The notes: generated from the sequence alone by a model not told the origin. Counted from the whole stretch's first letter, positions 11,734-22,609 are shown. The stretch is DNA of 63,226 bases, filler included, from Pelomyxa schiedti (GCA_020536535.1; 13 parts of 13 records of this genome joined end to end with filler, not necessarily neighbours in it), one strand, 5' to 3'. Numbers and translations: made by a program.

Positions 11734-13746
11734 CTAAAAGTCAGAATCACTGGAACCGGCTTGCCTGTTGTGCATGTAGTTGTGTAGGAAGTTCATGAAG
11801 CCAGGCGGTGGGACTGATAAATCTTCCTCAGAAGCTTCCTCACCATCCTCGTCAGAAAAGTCGGATGACTCATCAGAGGAGGTAATCACGCCGTGTTCGT
11901 CTGTCATATTGCCGTGCGGAGCTGATATCGGAATAGAGCTCAGGTAATAAGGGAAAACAGGCTGGTCCCGGTATATAAGGGAAAGTATTACCCCGCCGGT
12001 TGCGGCATCCAGTACCACGTGTGAGGTTCCCATTTGGTAGTGTGCACATGATGACGAGTAGTTCTTGTTGAGCTTGTGCCTCCTTTCAACTGTTGGCATG
12101 TTGGCGTATGGCTCATGGCTGGGACTGCCGGCGCCAAGGAATACGGTGCTTTCAACCAGTAGACCAGCGCCGGCAGTAATCATTGCTGTTCCGGGAGTGT
12201 GGTGGTGAATGTAACACGGGTCCGGTTGCTTTGGCTTGGGTTGTTTGCCGGTTTTGCTGGTAATTGAAGGGGTGGAGGTAGGAAGGTTGGAGAGGTCATA
12301 AACTGAGGTTGTAGTGAGACTGGTGTTGGTTACGGACATGTGAGAGTCGTCCACGGAGTTTACGGTAAAATCGGGGGAATATGTGAACCAGTTCACAGTA
12401 TTTCCGGTGTTAAGAACTAGCATCCTCTGTGTCCTCCTCTTTGAATCGGGCATGTTTTCCGGCGGTGCAAGTGGAAGGCAATACATCCCTCTGGTCCTAT
12501 CCACCATCGGCTTGCAGAAATTCGGCACCTCAGGCCCCAAAGATAAGCAATATACCGTGCGCATAGCCAAGTTCTCCCCGTCAACAGCCTTGTTCAAATC
12601 AATATGCAGAAGGTGCAAGTACTCTGTGCCATCCGGCATCGCTCCAGTGCACATCATAGAAACAACATCGGAATCGCGGATGTGCTCACTAGCCCCATAG
12701 AACCCAAGTGACAGCACAGACACCACCCAAGGCAAATTGGTTACCTTTGGAGGGGCCTTAGGCACGCCATTCACCACCCTCCAGATATAAAGGTCAATGG
12801 GGCCGGGCTTGCCCTTCTCAGCAGCCTTCTTTGACGGCGCTTTCCTCTTTCTTCCCAAAGAGCAAGCAGTAACAATCCAACTGGGGCCAGAGCAGCAAAC
12901 AGGCCACTCCTTCAGCCCAGTAAGCAAAGTAACACAAGCCCCTCCCTGCCTTGACTTGCTAAAGTCATACACACTGAGGCTGTCCCTGTGAGGAACAAAG
13001 AGGCTGCGGAATTCCACGAATTTCGACGGCCCGATCGAACCGATGAACGTCGGTCGAATTCGAACCGACGCGGGGGCGTGGACGACGCCGAGAGTGTGCG
13101 AAAGGCTGAAGAAAACGGAGTCGGTGATGTCTCCCGCCGCGGCACCTCGGTCGCCGCGGCAGCAGCGGCCATTATGGGAACCGCCGCGGCCCGGCCGGTC
13201 GTTGTTGCCGTCGCCGTCCAGGGGCTCGGGGCCGCGGGCGCGGCGGTTGTGGGCCGAGCCGGGCTTATGGGACCCGTCGACGTCGAAGTCCGGGTCGACG
13301 TCGCGCGAGTCGCGGGCGACGTTGTGGAAGGAGATGACGACGGTGCGGTCGGGGCGCATGATGTAGGGCTTGCCGATGCCCTCGATCAACATGAACCGCG
13401 GAACGACGCCGAGGTAACAAGGCGCAGGGGTTTTACTCACGCTGGGAGCGACCCACCTCGTCGTTGTTGATGAGGTAGTAGTTGTTGATGTTGCAGTGGT
13501 GGTAGTAGTCGCGGATATGGTTGTGGAGGCCGGAGCTGCGGAGGCCGCCGCCGTGGGTGTTGTTGTGGTAGAAATGGGCGCAGATGCGGGAGGCGGGGCC
13601 GAAATTGTGGGTTTGGTGGGGGAAGCGGGCGCCGGGACGAGGCCCTGGCACCTGGGGAAGATGACGCCGCATGCCAGCGTTATGAATTGCTCCGAGGCCG
13701 ACGTGTACGTGTCCGTCGCAGCAAACACAGATCGCTGTCGAAACAT
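11734..13746 (-). CDS. Intronless hypothetical protein, PRC-header family paralogue 3 (about 670 aa)
   Basis: ORF 11734..13815. The start is placed at ATG 13746 (MFRQRSV) because its distance to the PRC motif matches the other two paralogues. Shared motifs MLVLNTGNTVNWFT, HHTPGT...AGAG, VLDAATG. Confidence 0.85.
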   Translation of the reverse strand: MFRQRSVFAATDTYTSASEQFITLACGVIFPRCQGLVPAPASPTKPTISAPPPASAPISTTTTPTAAASAAPASTTISATTTTTATSTTTTSSTTTRWVAPSVSKTPAPCYLGVVPRFMLIEGIGKPYIMRPDRTVVISFHNVARDSRDVDPDFDVDGSHKPGSAHNRRARGPEPLDGDGNNDRPGRGGSHNGRCCRGDRGAAAGDITDSVFFSLSHTLGVVHAPASVRIRPTFIGSIGPSKFVEFRSLFVPHRDSLSVYDFSKSRQGGACVTLLTGLKEWPVCCSGPSWIVTACSLGRKRKAPSKKAAEKGKPGPIDLYIWRVVNGVPKAPPKVTNLPWVVSVLSLGFYGASEHIRDSDVVSMMCTGAMPDGTEYLHLLHIDLNKAVDGENLAMRTVYCLSLGPEVPNFCKPMVDRTRGMYCLPLAPPENMPDSKRRTQRMLVLNTGNTVNWFTYSPDFTVNSVDDSHMSVTNTSLTTTSVYDLSNLPTSTPSITSKTGKQPKPKQPDPCYIHHHTPGTAMITAGAGLLVESTVFLGAGSPSHEPYANMPTVERRHKLNKNYSSSCAHYQMGTSHVVLDAATGGVILSLIYRDQPVFPYYLSSIPISAPHGNMTDEHGVITSSDESSDFSDEDGEEASEEDLSVPPPGFMNFLHNYMHNRQAGSSDSDF

Positions 13747-13776
13747 CACTTTTTTTTTTCCCGAACACCAACAAAA

Positions 13777-15432
13777 ATGGAGTGCATCGTTCTGGGCGAA
13801 GAGGGACCGACCCACTCGGTGTTCGCCAAGGTGGCCCAGTCCCTTTCCCTCCCCGACGCGACCATATCGGACATCACCGTCCCCGTGCCCTGCCCCACGG
13901 CGTCGCGCTCCGGCTCCGGCTCGGGCTCTCCCCCTCCGTCGTCTGCGGCCAAGCGCCCCCCCGCCGCGCTGCTGAAGCTACGGTGGAACCCACCCCGCGG
14001 GGCGGTGCTGCGCGGCTCGGCGCGTGGGCCCGGCCACTGTGTGGCGCTGGTGCTCGGGCCGACCCTCGGCGCGATGCCCGTGGGCTTCGCGGCCTGGCGG
14101 GCGATGACCGAGTCGCTGTGGTCGAATCTCAAGTACTGGTACGGCGACGAAGCCAGCGTCACCGGGGGGCTCGTCGTTGTGGACTGCTGTTGCCGCGACT
14201 ACGAGGACGCACCTCCAGGCGGAGGCGGAGGCGGAGGGGCGACGATCTACGGCGAGAGGAAGGGATGCGAACCATTACGGGAAACGGAAGAGTTTGTGGA
14301 GGAATCCAGCGATTATGGGGGGGACTATTTTGGGCAAAGGGAGGCTGCAATTCTGGCTATGTCATTGTCGGTGTGTGTGTGTGTGTGTGTTGCTTTGAGT
14401 TGTAGTTGTTGTGTTATTAATTGCGTATATGCATACAATAGGGTGTGTGAATTAAAATGTTATGTTGACTTTAAACAGTTCCACGCCGACAAGTTGATTG
14501 GGTGGACCTCTGATACAAGTGCATTTGTGACTGGGTTTATTTCTTCAATTGCGGAAGCGGCGTCAAGCAGTGGAAGAAGCCGGACAATTTATTTCGCCAG
14601 TGAGTGGTTTTTTTTCCCCCAAATTTCGTTCACATTCTTGAGGTGTGCAGACGGATTCGAGAACAGCAACGAGAAAATGAGCCACTCACTCTACTGGAGG
14701 AAAGGCTGCACATATCCAATTGACATCACTGAAATGGACCCTTCAACTGCAAGAAGAATGTGTTCCCTTCTGACAACAACCAATAAGACCGACCCAAGTA
14801 ACGAAGCCTGGGATACAATTTCAGCAACTGCCCTGAGAACATGGGTGCAAGCACGAAATTGGAGTGCTGTGGATGAAGTCATCCTCGCAGATACCTTGAA
14901 AGAGAAGAGCGTAAACCTCTCCAAATTGGGTTTGGACTTGGTTCCGGAAAGACTCCGAGGTTTATCATGCAAAACCTTGGACCTGTCTTACAACAGCATC
15001 GCGGAACTTCCGGAATGGCTCATTCACTCCCCAAGACTGAGTGATGTTGTTCTGTTTGAGAATCCCTTGAGAGAGCCACTCCGATCGCACTCTGCAGTTG
15101 GGTGCTGGGCTGCACTGAAAAGCGTTGCCCTCTTTCAAGAAAATACAATTCTGTCAAGGTGGAACAAACTAATTTTGATTGGGGAATCTGCCCCAACAAA
15201 TGAAGCCTTGCGAAAGTGCTTGGTGAACAATAAAAAAAAAGTGAAGGTTGTGAGTTTTACTTCTCTCTCCTCCCCAACTCAAGTCTTAACACATGAGTAT
15301 CTGAAAATTCCCAAGAGGAGTGAAGACCTGTGGACTGTTTGGGAATTGGGTTTGCCAATCACCCTGATTCCAAAGTGTGTGCAAGTTCCCCAATTTGGAT
15401 GGAATCGGGGAGATTTAAGACAATTTGTGTGA
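13777..15432 (+). CDS. LRR protein with a degenerate Roc (Roco-like) GTPase start, truncated by repeat R1
   Basis: AAAAATG at 13777. LRRs LNLSKLGLDLVPERL and LDLSYNSIAELPEWL...LFENPL. Then WNKLILIGESAPTNEAL (G1 position) and WTVWELG (G3 position). Probable introns near 14350-14480, 14600-14650 and 15240-15285. Confidence 0.65.
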   Translation: MECIVLGEEGPTHSVFAKVAQSLSLPDATISDITVPVPCPTASRSGSGSGSPPPSSAAKRPPAALLKLRWNPPRGAVLRGSARGPGHCVALVLGPTLGAMPVGFAAWRAMTESLWSNLKYWYGDEASVTGGLVVVDCCCRDYEDAPPGGGGGGGATIYGERKGCEPLRETEEFVEESSDYGGDYFGQREAAILAMSLSVCVCVCVALSCSCCVINCVYAYNRVCELKCYVDFKQFHADKLIGWTSDTSAFVTGFISSIAEAASSSGRSRTIYFASEWFFFPQISFTFLRCADGFENSNEKMSHSLYWRKGCTYPIDITEMDPSTARRMCSLLTTTNKTDPSNEAWDTISATALRTWVQARNWSAVDEVILADTLKEKSVNLSKLGLDLVPERLRGLSCKTLDLSYNSIAELPEWLIHSPRLSDVVLFENPLREPLRSHSAVGCWAALKSVALFQENTILSRWNKLILIGESAPTNEALRKCLVNNKKKVKVVSFTSLSSPTQVLTHEYLKIPKRSEDLWTVWELGLPITLIPKCVQVPQFGWNRGDLRQFV

Positions 15433-15524
15433 ACATTGGGGAGCTGAATTTGTACCCAAATTGGTAGTCGAAACCCAAAGTGGGGATCTCTCCATCCCAC
15501 TAAGTCAGACTCAGAAGTCGATTC
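15360..15524 (+). repeat. Interspersed repeat R1, copy 1
   Basis: Near-identical to 51845-51965 and to the reverse complement of 60206-60333. Confidence 0.92.
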
Positions 15525-15624
15525 NNNNNNNNNNNNNNNNNNNNNNNNNNNNNNNNNNNNNNNNNNNNTTAATTAATTAANNNNNNNNNNNNNNNNNNNN
15601 NNNNNNNNNNNNNNNNNNNNNNNN

Positions 15625-18076
15625 CAACAGGTGTTGGGGATAGTTTTCGAATTGTCAGTTTGCCAAAGACCGATTTTGCTGTTCCAAATCCAATGATGCG
15701 ATCATGCAACAACGAGACTGCTTGTTCATACGCTGGAATCTCAGGAAAAAACTTGAAGTAAAACACCTGGTCCTCAATGTCCACAGGCTTCACAAGGTGA
15801 TTGTAAGATCTGTTCCGCGCAATGTCAGTGAAATCTTCAGCGATTTGATCAAGTTGAAGGCGATCTACAACCTTGGGATGAAGGTCTCTAGCAGGAACAC
15901 TACCTGACAAACCAGCCAGAGCAAGTGTGTATTTATTTCCTCCTGATGATGTTTCTGATGCCTGAAATAGAAGACGAAGCTTTTCTTCAAAGTGCACCCT
16001 TTCTTCGAAAGGGCCTGGCCTGAAACCATTGGGACTCGGAAACGATGACAAAACAGCTTGTGCCTTGTCCAGAGCCACCTTCGTTGTTTCATCTTTGGCC
16101 CACTTCTTGCATTCGTTCCAAAAAGACACTTTGATGCAATGGGGAAATGCACCATAAAAATGTTTCAGTGGAATGACATGAGGAGAATCAGATTCAACAG
16201 CACCACCGTCACTCAGAGAATCAATAAAAACTTCGGCCAAGATCGGCAGAAATTTGAATTCATCCGAAGGTATCGGTTCATAATCTGACTTGTTCAAGTG
16301 CTTGCATGTTTTCAGCTGTTCCAAGAACAGGTTGAAAGATGCCAAACTGTGAAGAATTAACGAATTTGGAGGGAGGCATGATGGGAGATCCTTTGCAGTT
16401 GAAGTTGCAGGGGCGGGCACAGGTGCAGTTGCAGTTGCTCCATTTTGGCACAACTTGAAAGAAGACAACCACTCTTTCCATCTCTTTTTCAGTTGTGTGA
16501 ACTGTATGTCACTTTCAGAGGATAAGTTGTATCGGCGGAGTCCATCAGCCATGCTTTCAATCTCCGAGACATCTTGGGCAAGAAAATCGAGGTGGAATTG
16601 GTTCACAGGGGAGAAGTCAGGCTCTGGAGATGTCTCCATCATTTTTGACATTTTGTCGATTGCGGCTTCCATTGATTTGTCTAAGAGCCCACGGATATAA
16701 CACACTGCCCCATATTGTATCGGGAAGAAGTATTTCATCTTTACAACAGTGTTCATTGCTTCCTCGATGATCGGCGGTTGTTCATGGGAAAAAGAGGAAC
16801 GGGGAATGGGATCGTCTGAAAACGGTGGAATTTTGGGGTTTTTGGCGAGAGAAACCTGAATCTCCAAAAGTTGTTGAAGGTGGCTTTGACACGATTGCAA
16901 CAGAATCCAGGGGAAAGCTGATCCTGCAGTGCCTGCCATGCTCTCGAATTTCTTCTTGTTTTGAAGGATCTTGGTGAACAGATCCAGAGGGTGTGAAATA
17001 TCTTCGAGGATGGGAAAGAAGAACAGTTTCAAGCTGCTTGCCAGAGTGAGGAACAAATTGCAGAGAGCTTTCAGGTACTCTGCTGGTGCTGCTGTTGCTG
17101 GCGCTGAGGGAGGACCACAAACACGATGTTGTGTTGTGATGGACAGTGCACTGTCGTTCATGCCCCTCAGAGTGGACACATAAATCGAAAGTGCAATCAA
17201 TTGGTGTCGTTTCAGTTGCTCCTGGAATGGTGGCCTTAGTTTTTCGTTGGGAATGTATTTGTTCATGAACATGTCCCATTGTTGGTGTGATGCCTTTGCC
17301 TGCAAGAACTCTTCACAGTGTCGAGAATACAACTTAAAAATGGAACTCGGTTGGGGACAAAGGGGAGTAAAAGTGCAGTACCATTGCCAAGTTTGAGAAA
17401 TGTGGTTGAGGTCTCCGGATGTGGATGTGACCTGCTCGAGCAACTTGGATGCCAAAAAACATTTTGTAACTGTAATTTCCGGTGATATTTGAAAAGAAGA
17501 ACCAGCACATTTCTGAGCCAAGTGGTGCACCGCACAGGCAGTAGAAGTTACAAACAGTCCTTGCAAGAGCTCCAACAACTTCACCTGGATCTCTTTATCT
17601 TCACTTTCTTCATATACAATGACTATTTCAACTGGATTCAACAACATGTTGCATTCTGACCAGCCAGAATTCCCTTTGGTGCAAAGTACAACTGAGCCAG
17701 GGAGAAAGGCAGAACCCAAAAGAGACTCACTGTGATTAAAGAGCGTGCCAAGAAGTTGATTGAGTGATGCCGAGAATTCCTTGTCACAAAAACGATCGTG
17801 ATGTGGCCAAACTCTGTCAACCAATTCGTAAACTGACAAAAGACTGGCCGTGTCACTTTTACAACAACACGAAGGGGGTGGCAGGATGGCAATGGAAGAT
17901 GCAGTCTCCAAAGCTTTCACGATGGTTTTCCGGCATGAAGTGGCAGCAATCTCAGAATTGTTGCCTTCCGTGTTTTCGAAACTGCTGCTGCTGGTGGTGG
18001 TTTCTGAACATTTCGTCACAATCAAGGAACACTGAGCGAGAAGGAGGAATCGCTGAAACCACCCAAGTGACGATAA
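15625..18076 (-). CDS. Large intronless hypothetical protein, open across the whole contig; C-terminal edge resembles an atypical kinase N-lobe
   Basis: About 817 consecutive sense codons, cut at both linkers. Ends with FYFKFFPEIPAYEQAVSLLHDRIIGFG. Confidence 0.8.
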
Positions 18077-18214
18077 NNNNNNNNNNNNNNNNNNNNNNNN
18101 NNNNNNNNNNNNNNNNNNNNTTAATTAATTAANNNNNNNNNNNNNNNNNNNNNNNNNNNNNNNNNNNNNNNNNNNNCTTCCCCCTTCTCCCTCACTGTTG
18201 ACGTGACCACCCAG

Positions 18215-20464
18215 GTTGCTTCCTTGCTTGCACACTTTGTGCCTCGAGTGCATCCCAAAATGCTCACCCGGAGCATCCCTGAATTCCACGGCCTCGTCGT
18301 CCTCTCCATCGACTGTTTCGTGCCCGGCGTGTCACTCACAGGTCCGCGACTTTGCCATCCTACGAACCCAACCAACCAACCAACCAGCCAACAACCAAAA
18401 CAAAACAACACTAACCACACCAGGCACCGATTCCGAGCGGAGGCTTCCCTGTCGACGTTTGGAAGAGCAGCCTGCTTGGGATGGTCCCGCTTGTTGTTGT
18501 TGGTGGTGGGGGTGGGTCGCAGCCACCAGGCACCACCGCGACGGCGGCGCACCAGCGCGAGTGCGGAGACTGCCGGGCCCACGACTCCCCGTGGTGGTGC
18601 GCGTCGTGCGGCATGTTCCTGTGCGACGACGACAAGGCCCACCACTCACGCGCGTGGAAGACCGCCTCACACAAGGTAACAATCCCCATTGTGCCATGGT
18701 CCCGCCCCTTTGGCGGGGGTGTGAAGATTGAAAACTAAATAACCAATTCACGCGGATACAGGTTGTATCAGTCGATCAACTCAGAAGTCAAGCAACCATT
18801 ACACCAACGGTCCACAAACAACCACTTTGTTCCAAGCACCCACAGAAGAAGCTGCAGCTTTACTGCAATACTGACAAGGCACTGATATGCCGTGACTGCG
18901 CGTGCGGGCATCTCGGTTGATTCGGGAACTAAATTTTATCAGGTTGATTGAGCACAAGAACCACGACTTCGTTTTTGTAACAGACCTGAGCTCTAAGTTC
19001 AAGGAGAAGATTGCCTCAAACTGTTCCAATTTAGCGTCGCACTTGGAGGAAGTCACAAATTCCAAAATCACGGCAATTGTGTGAAGCCTAATCCTATTTA
19101 AATAAATGAATCGATTCTATTAACATCGACAAAAGGAGTGTTGCAAAAATGCACAAGAAGTCATAGAAAAAATCGAGGCGGAGATACGATCTGAATTTGC
19201 TAAGATCATTGATGCTGCTAATGCTAGAGAGGCACACTTGCTCTCTGAACTGAAAACAATCAACGAAGCTGCCAAGAAGGCAAATTGTTGGATTCATCAA
19301 TCACACTGACACAAAAAAAAAATTAACTTCAAAGACCTTCCAAGAGCACATTGAGGGATGTGACCAGAGGTTGAAGACTGCACAAGAGGCACAAGAATAT
19401 GCACATCATGCAACAACACAGTTCTCTGATGTTGAGGTTGTTTCCGTGAATCAAGTTCTCACAGCACAGATTGAGAATATATGTAAATCCCGTGATGAGC
19501 TTGCAACTCCACAGAAACTAAAGGCAGGTTGAGCCATTAACTTCTTAAAAAAACGGAAAACAACCAAAAGGTGAGCCTTGAGTGCGAATCAGCTGCTGTT
19601 TGTGGTGCAGTCTCTTCACTGGGAAAACTTGTTCACAATTCAGCAGCGAGTTCACTGAGGTCAAAGGCGGCAAACACAACATCCACCACAACAACCACAA
19701 CGAGGACACTCAAACAACTTGCCACATCGATGGTGCCCTCCATCACACCTCGTCAGGCATGCAGGGTGTTTGTTGACAACGCCACCGGCAAAGTGTACTG
19801 GGATAGCACCTACAATCGCCAACAACTGACCGAGTTCCAAAGCATGACCAACTTCGTCAACAACACCAACCCAAGACAATTGACCCTCAAGGACGTGCCC
19901 CCCTACCCCGGCGGCACATACCAGGCAGTGCACAACGGCCACGTGTACTGCAACCCACACAACGCAGCCACGATGACCAAGGTACGTGTGAGTGACGGGT
20001 CAACAGTCGCAACTGCACCACTCCCAAACGCCGGTCACTCACACCTCTATCAATCATACTGGAACCGGGGTGGATACACAGACATTTGCTGGTATGTCGA
20101 TGCAGGGGGTGTGCTGTTCGTGGTCCACGCACCACCCAACGGCGGCAAAATACACGTCACGAGGGTGGACCCTGACTCCCTCGCAATCTTGCAGACGTGG
20201 GTGGTGCCCCGCGTCAAGGCGCATACAGGCTTTGCATTTGTTGTGTGCGGGAGGTTCTACTTTGGCAAGTCATACAACAGCAGGGAGATCGACGGGGTGT
20301 TTGACACCACCACTGGTGTTTATGATGACACTTACAGAAACTCACTCCCGAGTCCCGGCACCGACGTGATGCTGACATCGTGGATTCCATCAACAAACCA
20401 GCTCCTCGTCGTCGACCATCCCTCAGACTACACATTCTTCATCTTTGACAATGTCGCTCTGTGA
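18215..20464 (+). CDS. TRIM/RBCC protein (RING, B-box1, B-box2, coiled coil) with a C-terminal olfactomedin domain; 5'-partial
   Basis: RING LLPCLHTLCLEC...CPAC. B-box1 CGDC...WCASCGMFLCDDDKAHH. B-box2 CSKHPQKKLQLYCNTDKALICRDCALIEHKNH. Coiled-coil exons 19136-19279 and 19335-19523 are in frame. OLF motifs GGTYQAVHNG, WNRGGYTDI..VD, TRVDPDSLAILQTW, GFAFVVCG, FDTTTG. Confidence 0.85.
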
Positions 20465-20526
20465 TGTGGATTCTTCGAAAAACTTTCGTTTCTTTTCTAA
20501 GAATACGAACGTTCGTTTTTTTTCGC

Positions 20527-21460
20527 ATGAGTTCCCCAACAACGAACACAGCAGCGACGAAGACACTCCGACAACTTGCCGCGCCTAGGATGGCGCCCTC
20601 GATCACACCCCGTCAGGCACACAGGGTGTTTGTCGACAACGCAACTGGAAAAGTGTACTGGGACAGCAGCTACTATCGCCAAGAACTGACCGAGTTCGAG
20701 AGCATGGCCGACTTCATCAACAACACCAACCCAAGGCAGTTCAGACTCAAGGACGTGCACGGCTACCCAGGTGGGACGTGGCAGGCGGTGCACAACGGCC
20801 ACGTGTACTGCAACCCACACAACGCNNNNNNNNNTGGCCGACTTCATCAACAACACCAACCCAAGGCAGTTCAGACTCAAGGACGTGCACGGCTACCCAG
20901 GTGGGACGTGGCAGGCGGTGCACAACGGCCACGTGTACTGCAACCCACACAACGCAGCCACGATGACCAAGGTGCGCGTGAGCGACGGGTCGACGGTGGC
21001 AACTGCACCACTCCCAAACGCCGGTCACTCAAACCAGTCACCGTGGAACTGTGGTGCTGACACAGATATATGCTGGTATGTCGATGCAGGGGGTGTGCTG
21101 TTCGTGGTCCACGCACCACCAGACAACGGCAACATACACATCACGAGGGTGGACCCTGATTCCCTTGCAATCTTGCAGACGTGGGTGGTGCCCCGCGTCA
21201 AGAGGAGCACCGGCTATGCATTTGTTGTGTGTGGGAAGTTCTACTTTGGCAAGTCATTCAACAGCAAGGTGATCGACGGGGTGTTTGACACCACCACTGG
21301 TGTTTATGATGACACTTACAGAAACTCACTCCCAACTTCTGGCAAGGCAGTGGTTCTGACGTCGTGGATCCCGTCAACAAACCAGCTCCTCGTGATTGAC
21401 AACCCCACTGACACCACTTCAGAGTTCCACTTCTTCATCTTTGACAACGCGGCTATGTGA
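20527..21460 (+). CDS. Stand-alone olfactomedin-domain protein, tandem duplicate of the TRIM gene's last exon
   Basis: Closely similar to 19700-20464 and has no signal peptide. The ORF is continuous once the 121-bp duplication around the 10-N gap (20826-20835) is collapsed. Confidence 0.85.
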
Positions 21461-21577
21461 GGGAAACAGCCTCCCTTCTTTCCACTGGGCATCCCTTCTT
21501 GTTTTTTGTGTTGAGATCCAGAAAGACACATGAAGTTCCTGGAAACCAACGAGAACCGCGTTTTTTTTCGAGAACGA

Positions 21578-21730
21578 ATGAACAGTCCAGGCGACAGCGG
21601 CTGCCCGGGAGCGCTGCGGCCGCGGTCCGTCACGAACCTGTCGCCCCCGGCGCCCCTGTCGCGGGAGCGCGCCATCGTTGCGCGGCACCTGGCCTCCGCC
21701 GCGTCGCCCTCCTGGCTGCGGCGCTCCGCC
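21578..21730 (+). CDS. 5' start of a hypothetical gene cut by the linker
   Basis: GC-rich open frame MNSPGDSGCPGALRPRS... running to the contig end. Confidence 0.35.
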
Positions 21731-22609
21731 NNNNNNNNNNNNNNNNNNNNNNNNNNNNNNNNNNNNNNNNNNNNTTAATTAATTAANNNNNNNNNNNNNN
21801 NNNNNNNNNNNNNNNNNNNNNNNNNNNNNNGATGTTGTTCTTGCTGGTATTTTAAAGTTTGAAATTCAACTACTCACAGCTTTTTGTTTCAGGGTGCTGT
21901 TGTAATTGCTGTCACAGGCATGGAGTTTGTTGCTGGAAATGTTGCTGTGGACAGTTTGCAACCAACGAAACTGTGAACCAGTTCTTCACTGAACACCAGT
22001 ACAATGCCTATGAGGGTCTAGGAGTATATCTTGGGGAACTATTGCAATTAACGGATATGGTATAACATCAAAATCTTGCTGATGCTAACAAACAAAAAAA
22101 AAACAAAAATAGTCCCCCAGGAGTAGAAGGGATAACAGAGACTTTGTTGACACCTCAAATGTTGTCTCAGCAAGGCGCCTATACCCCAAATATCTCAATA
22201 TGTTATAATTCCTTTATGCGAATTGTTTCCTAAAATGAGAGTGGCTAGGCCAACATCACTTCACTGGTGGTGAGACCCTAAGTTCTTTATTATTGGTATT
22301 TAATATGTAAAACTGGACACCAGGTGGTTTGTTTCTCAGTTCCTCCACCTTCATTTCCAATGGGCAGCAACGGAATCCCTCACAACCATGGTGTGCCACC
22401 CCCTTGGCACTACTACAACAGTGACTATTATTCCGAAGGGAATCTGATGGTAATTGGGAGGGAAGGAGCTACCTTAAGGGGAAGTGCCATTTTATTACTC
22501 TGTGTGTTTATATCTATTATGGTTATTGTAATGTTTATTCCCCAGTGTCTGAGTGGTGGTAGCTGCTGGGAGGTGCCGGTGAGTGCCGACTTTAAGGAAT
22601 TCTGCAGCA

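Noticed and set aside
8572-14405. Many 60-240 aa ORFs antisense or out of frame to the long paralogue ORFs (e.g. 10191-10910, 10953-11627, 13782-14405)
   Set aside because: Shadow ORFs of GC-rich coding sequence with no recognisable motifs.
20705-20956. Tandem duplications flanking N gaps (20705-20825/20836-20956, 37601-37721/37822-37942, 42829-42949/43050-43170)
   Set aside because: All three are exact and exactly 121 bp, the signature of unmerged assembler k-mer overlaps at scaffold gaps.
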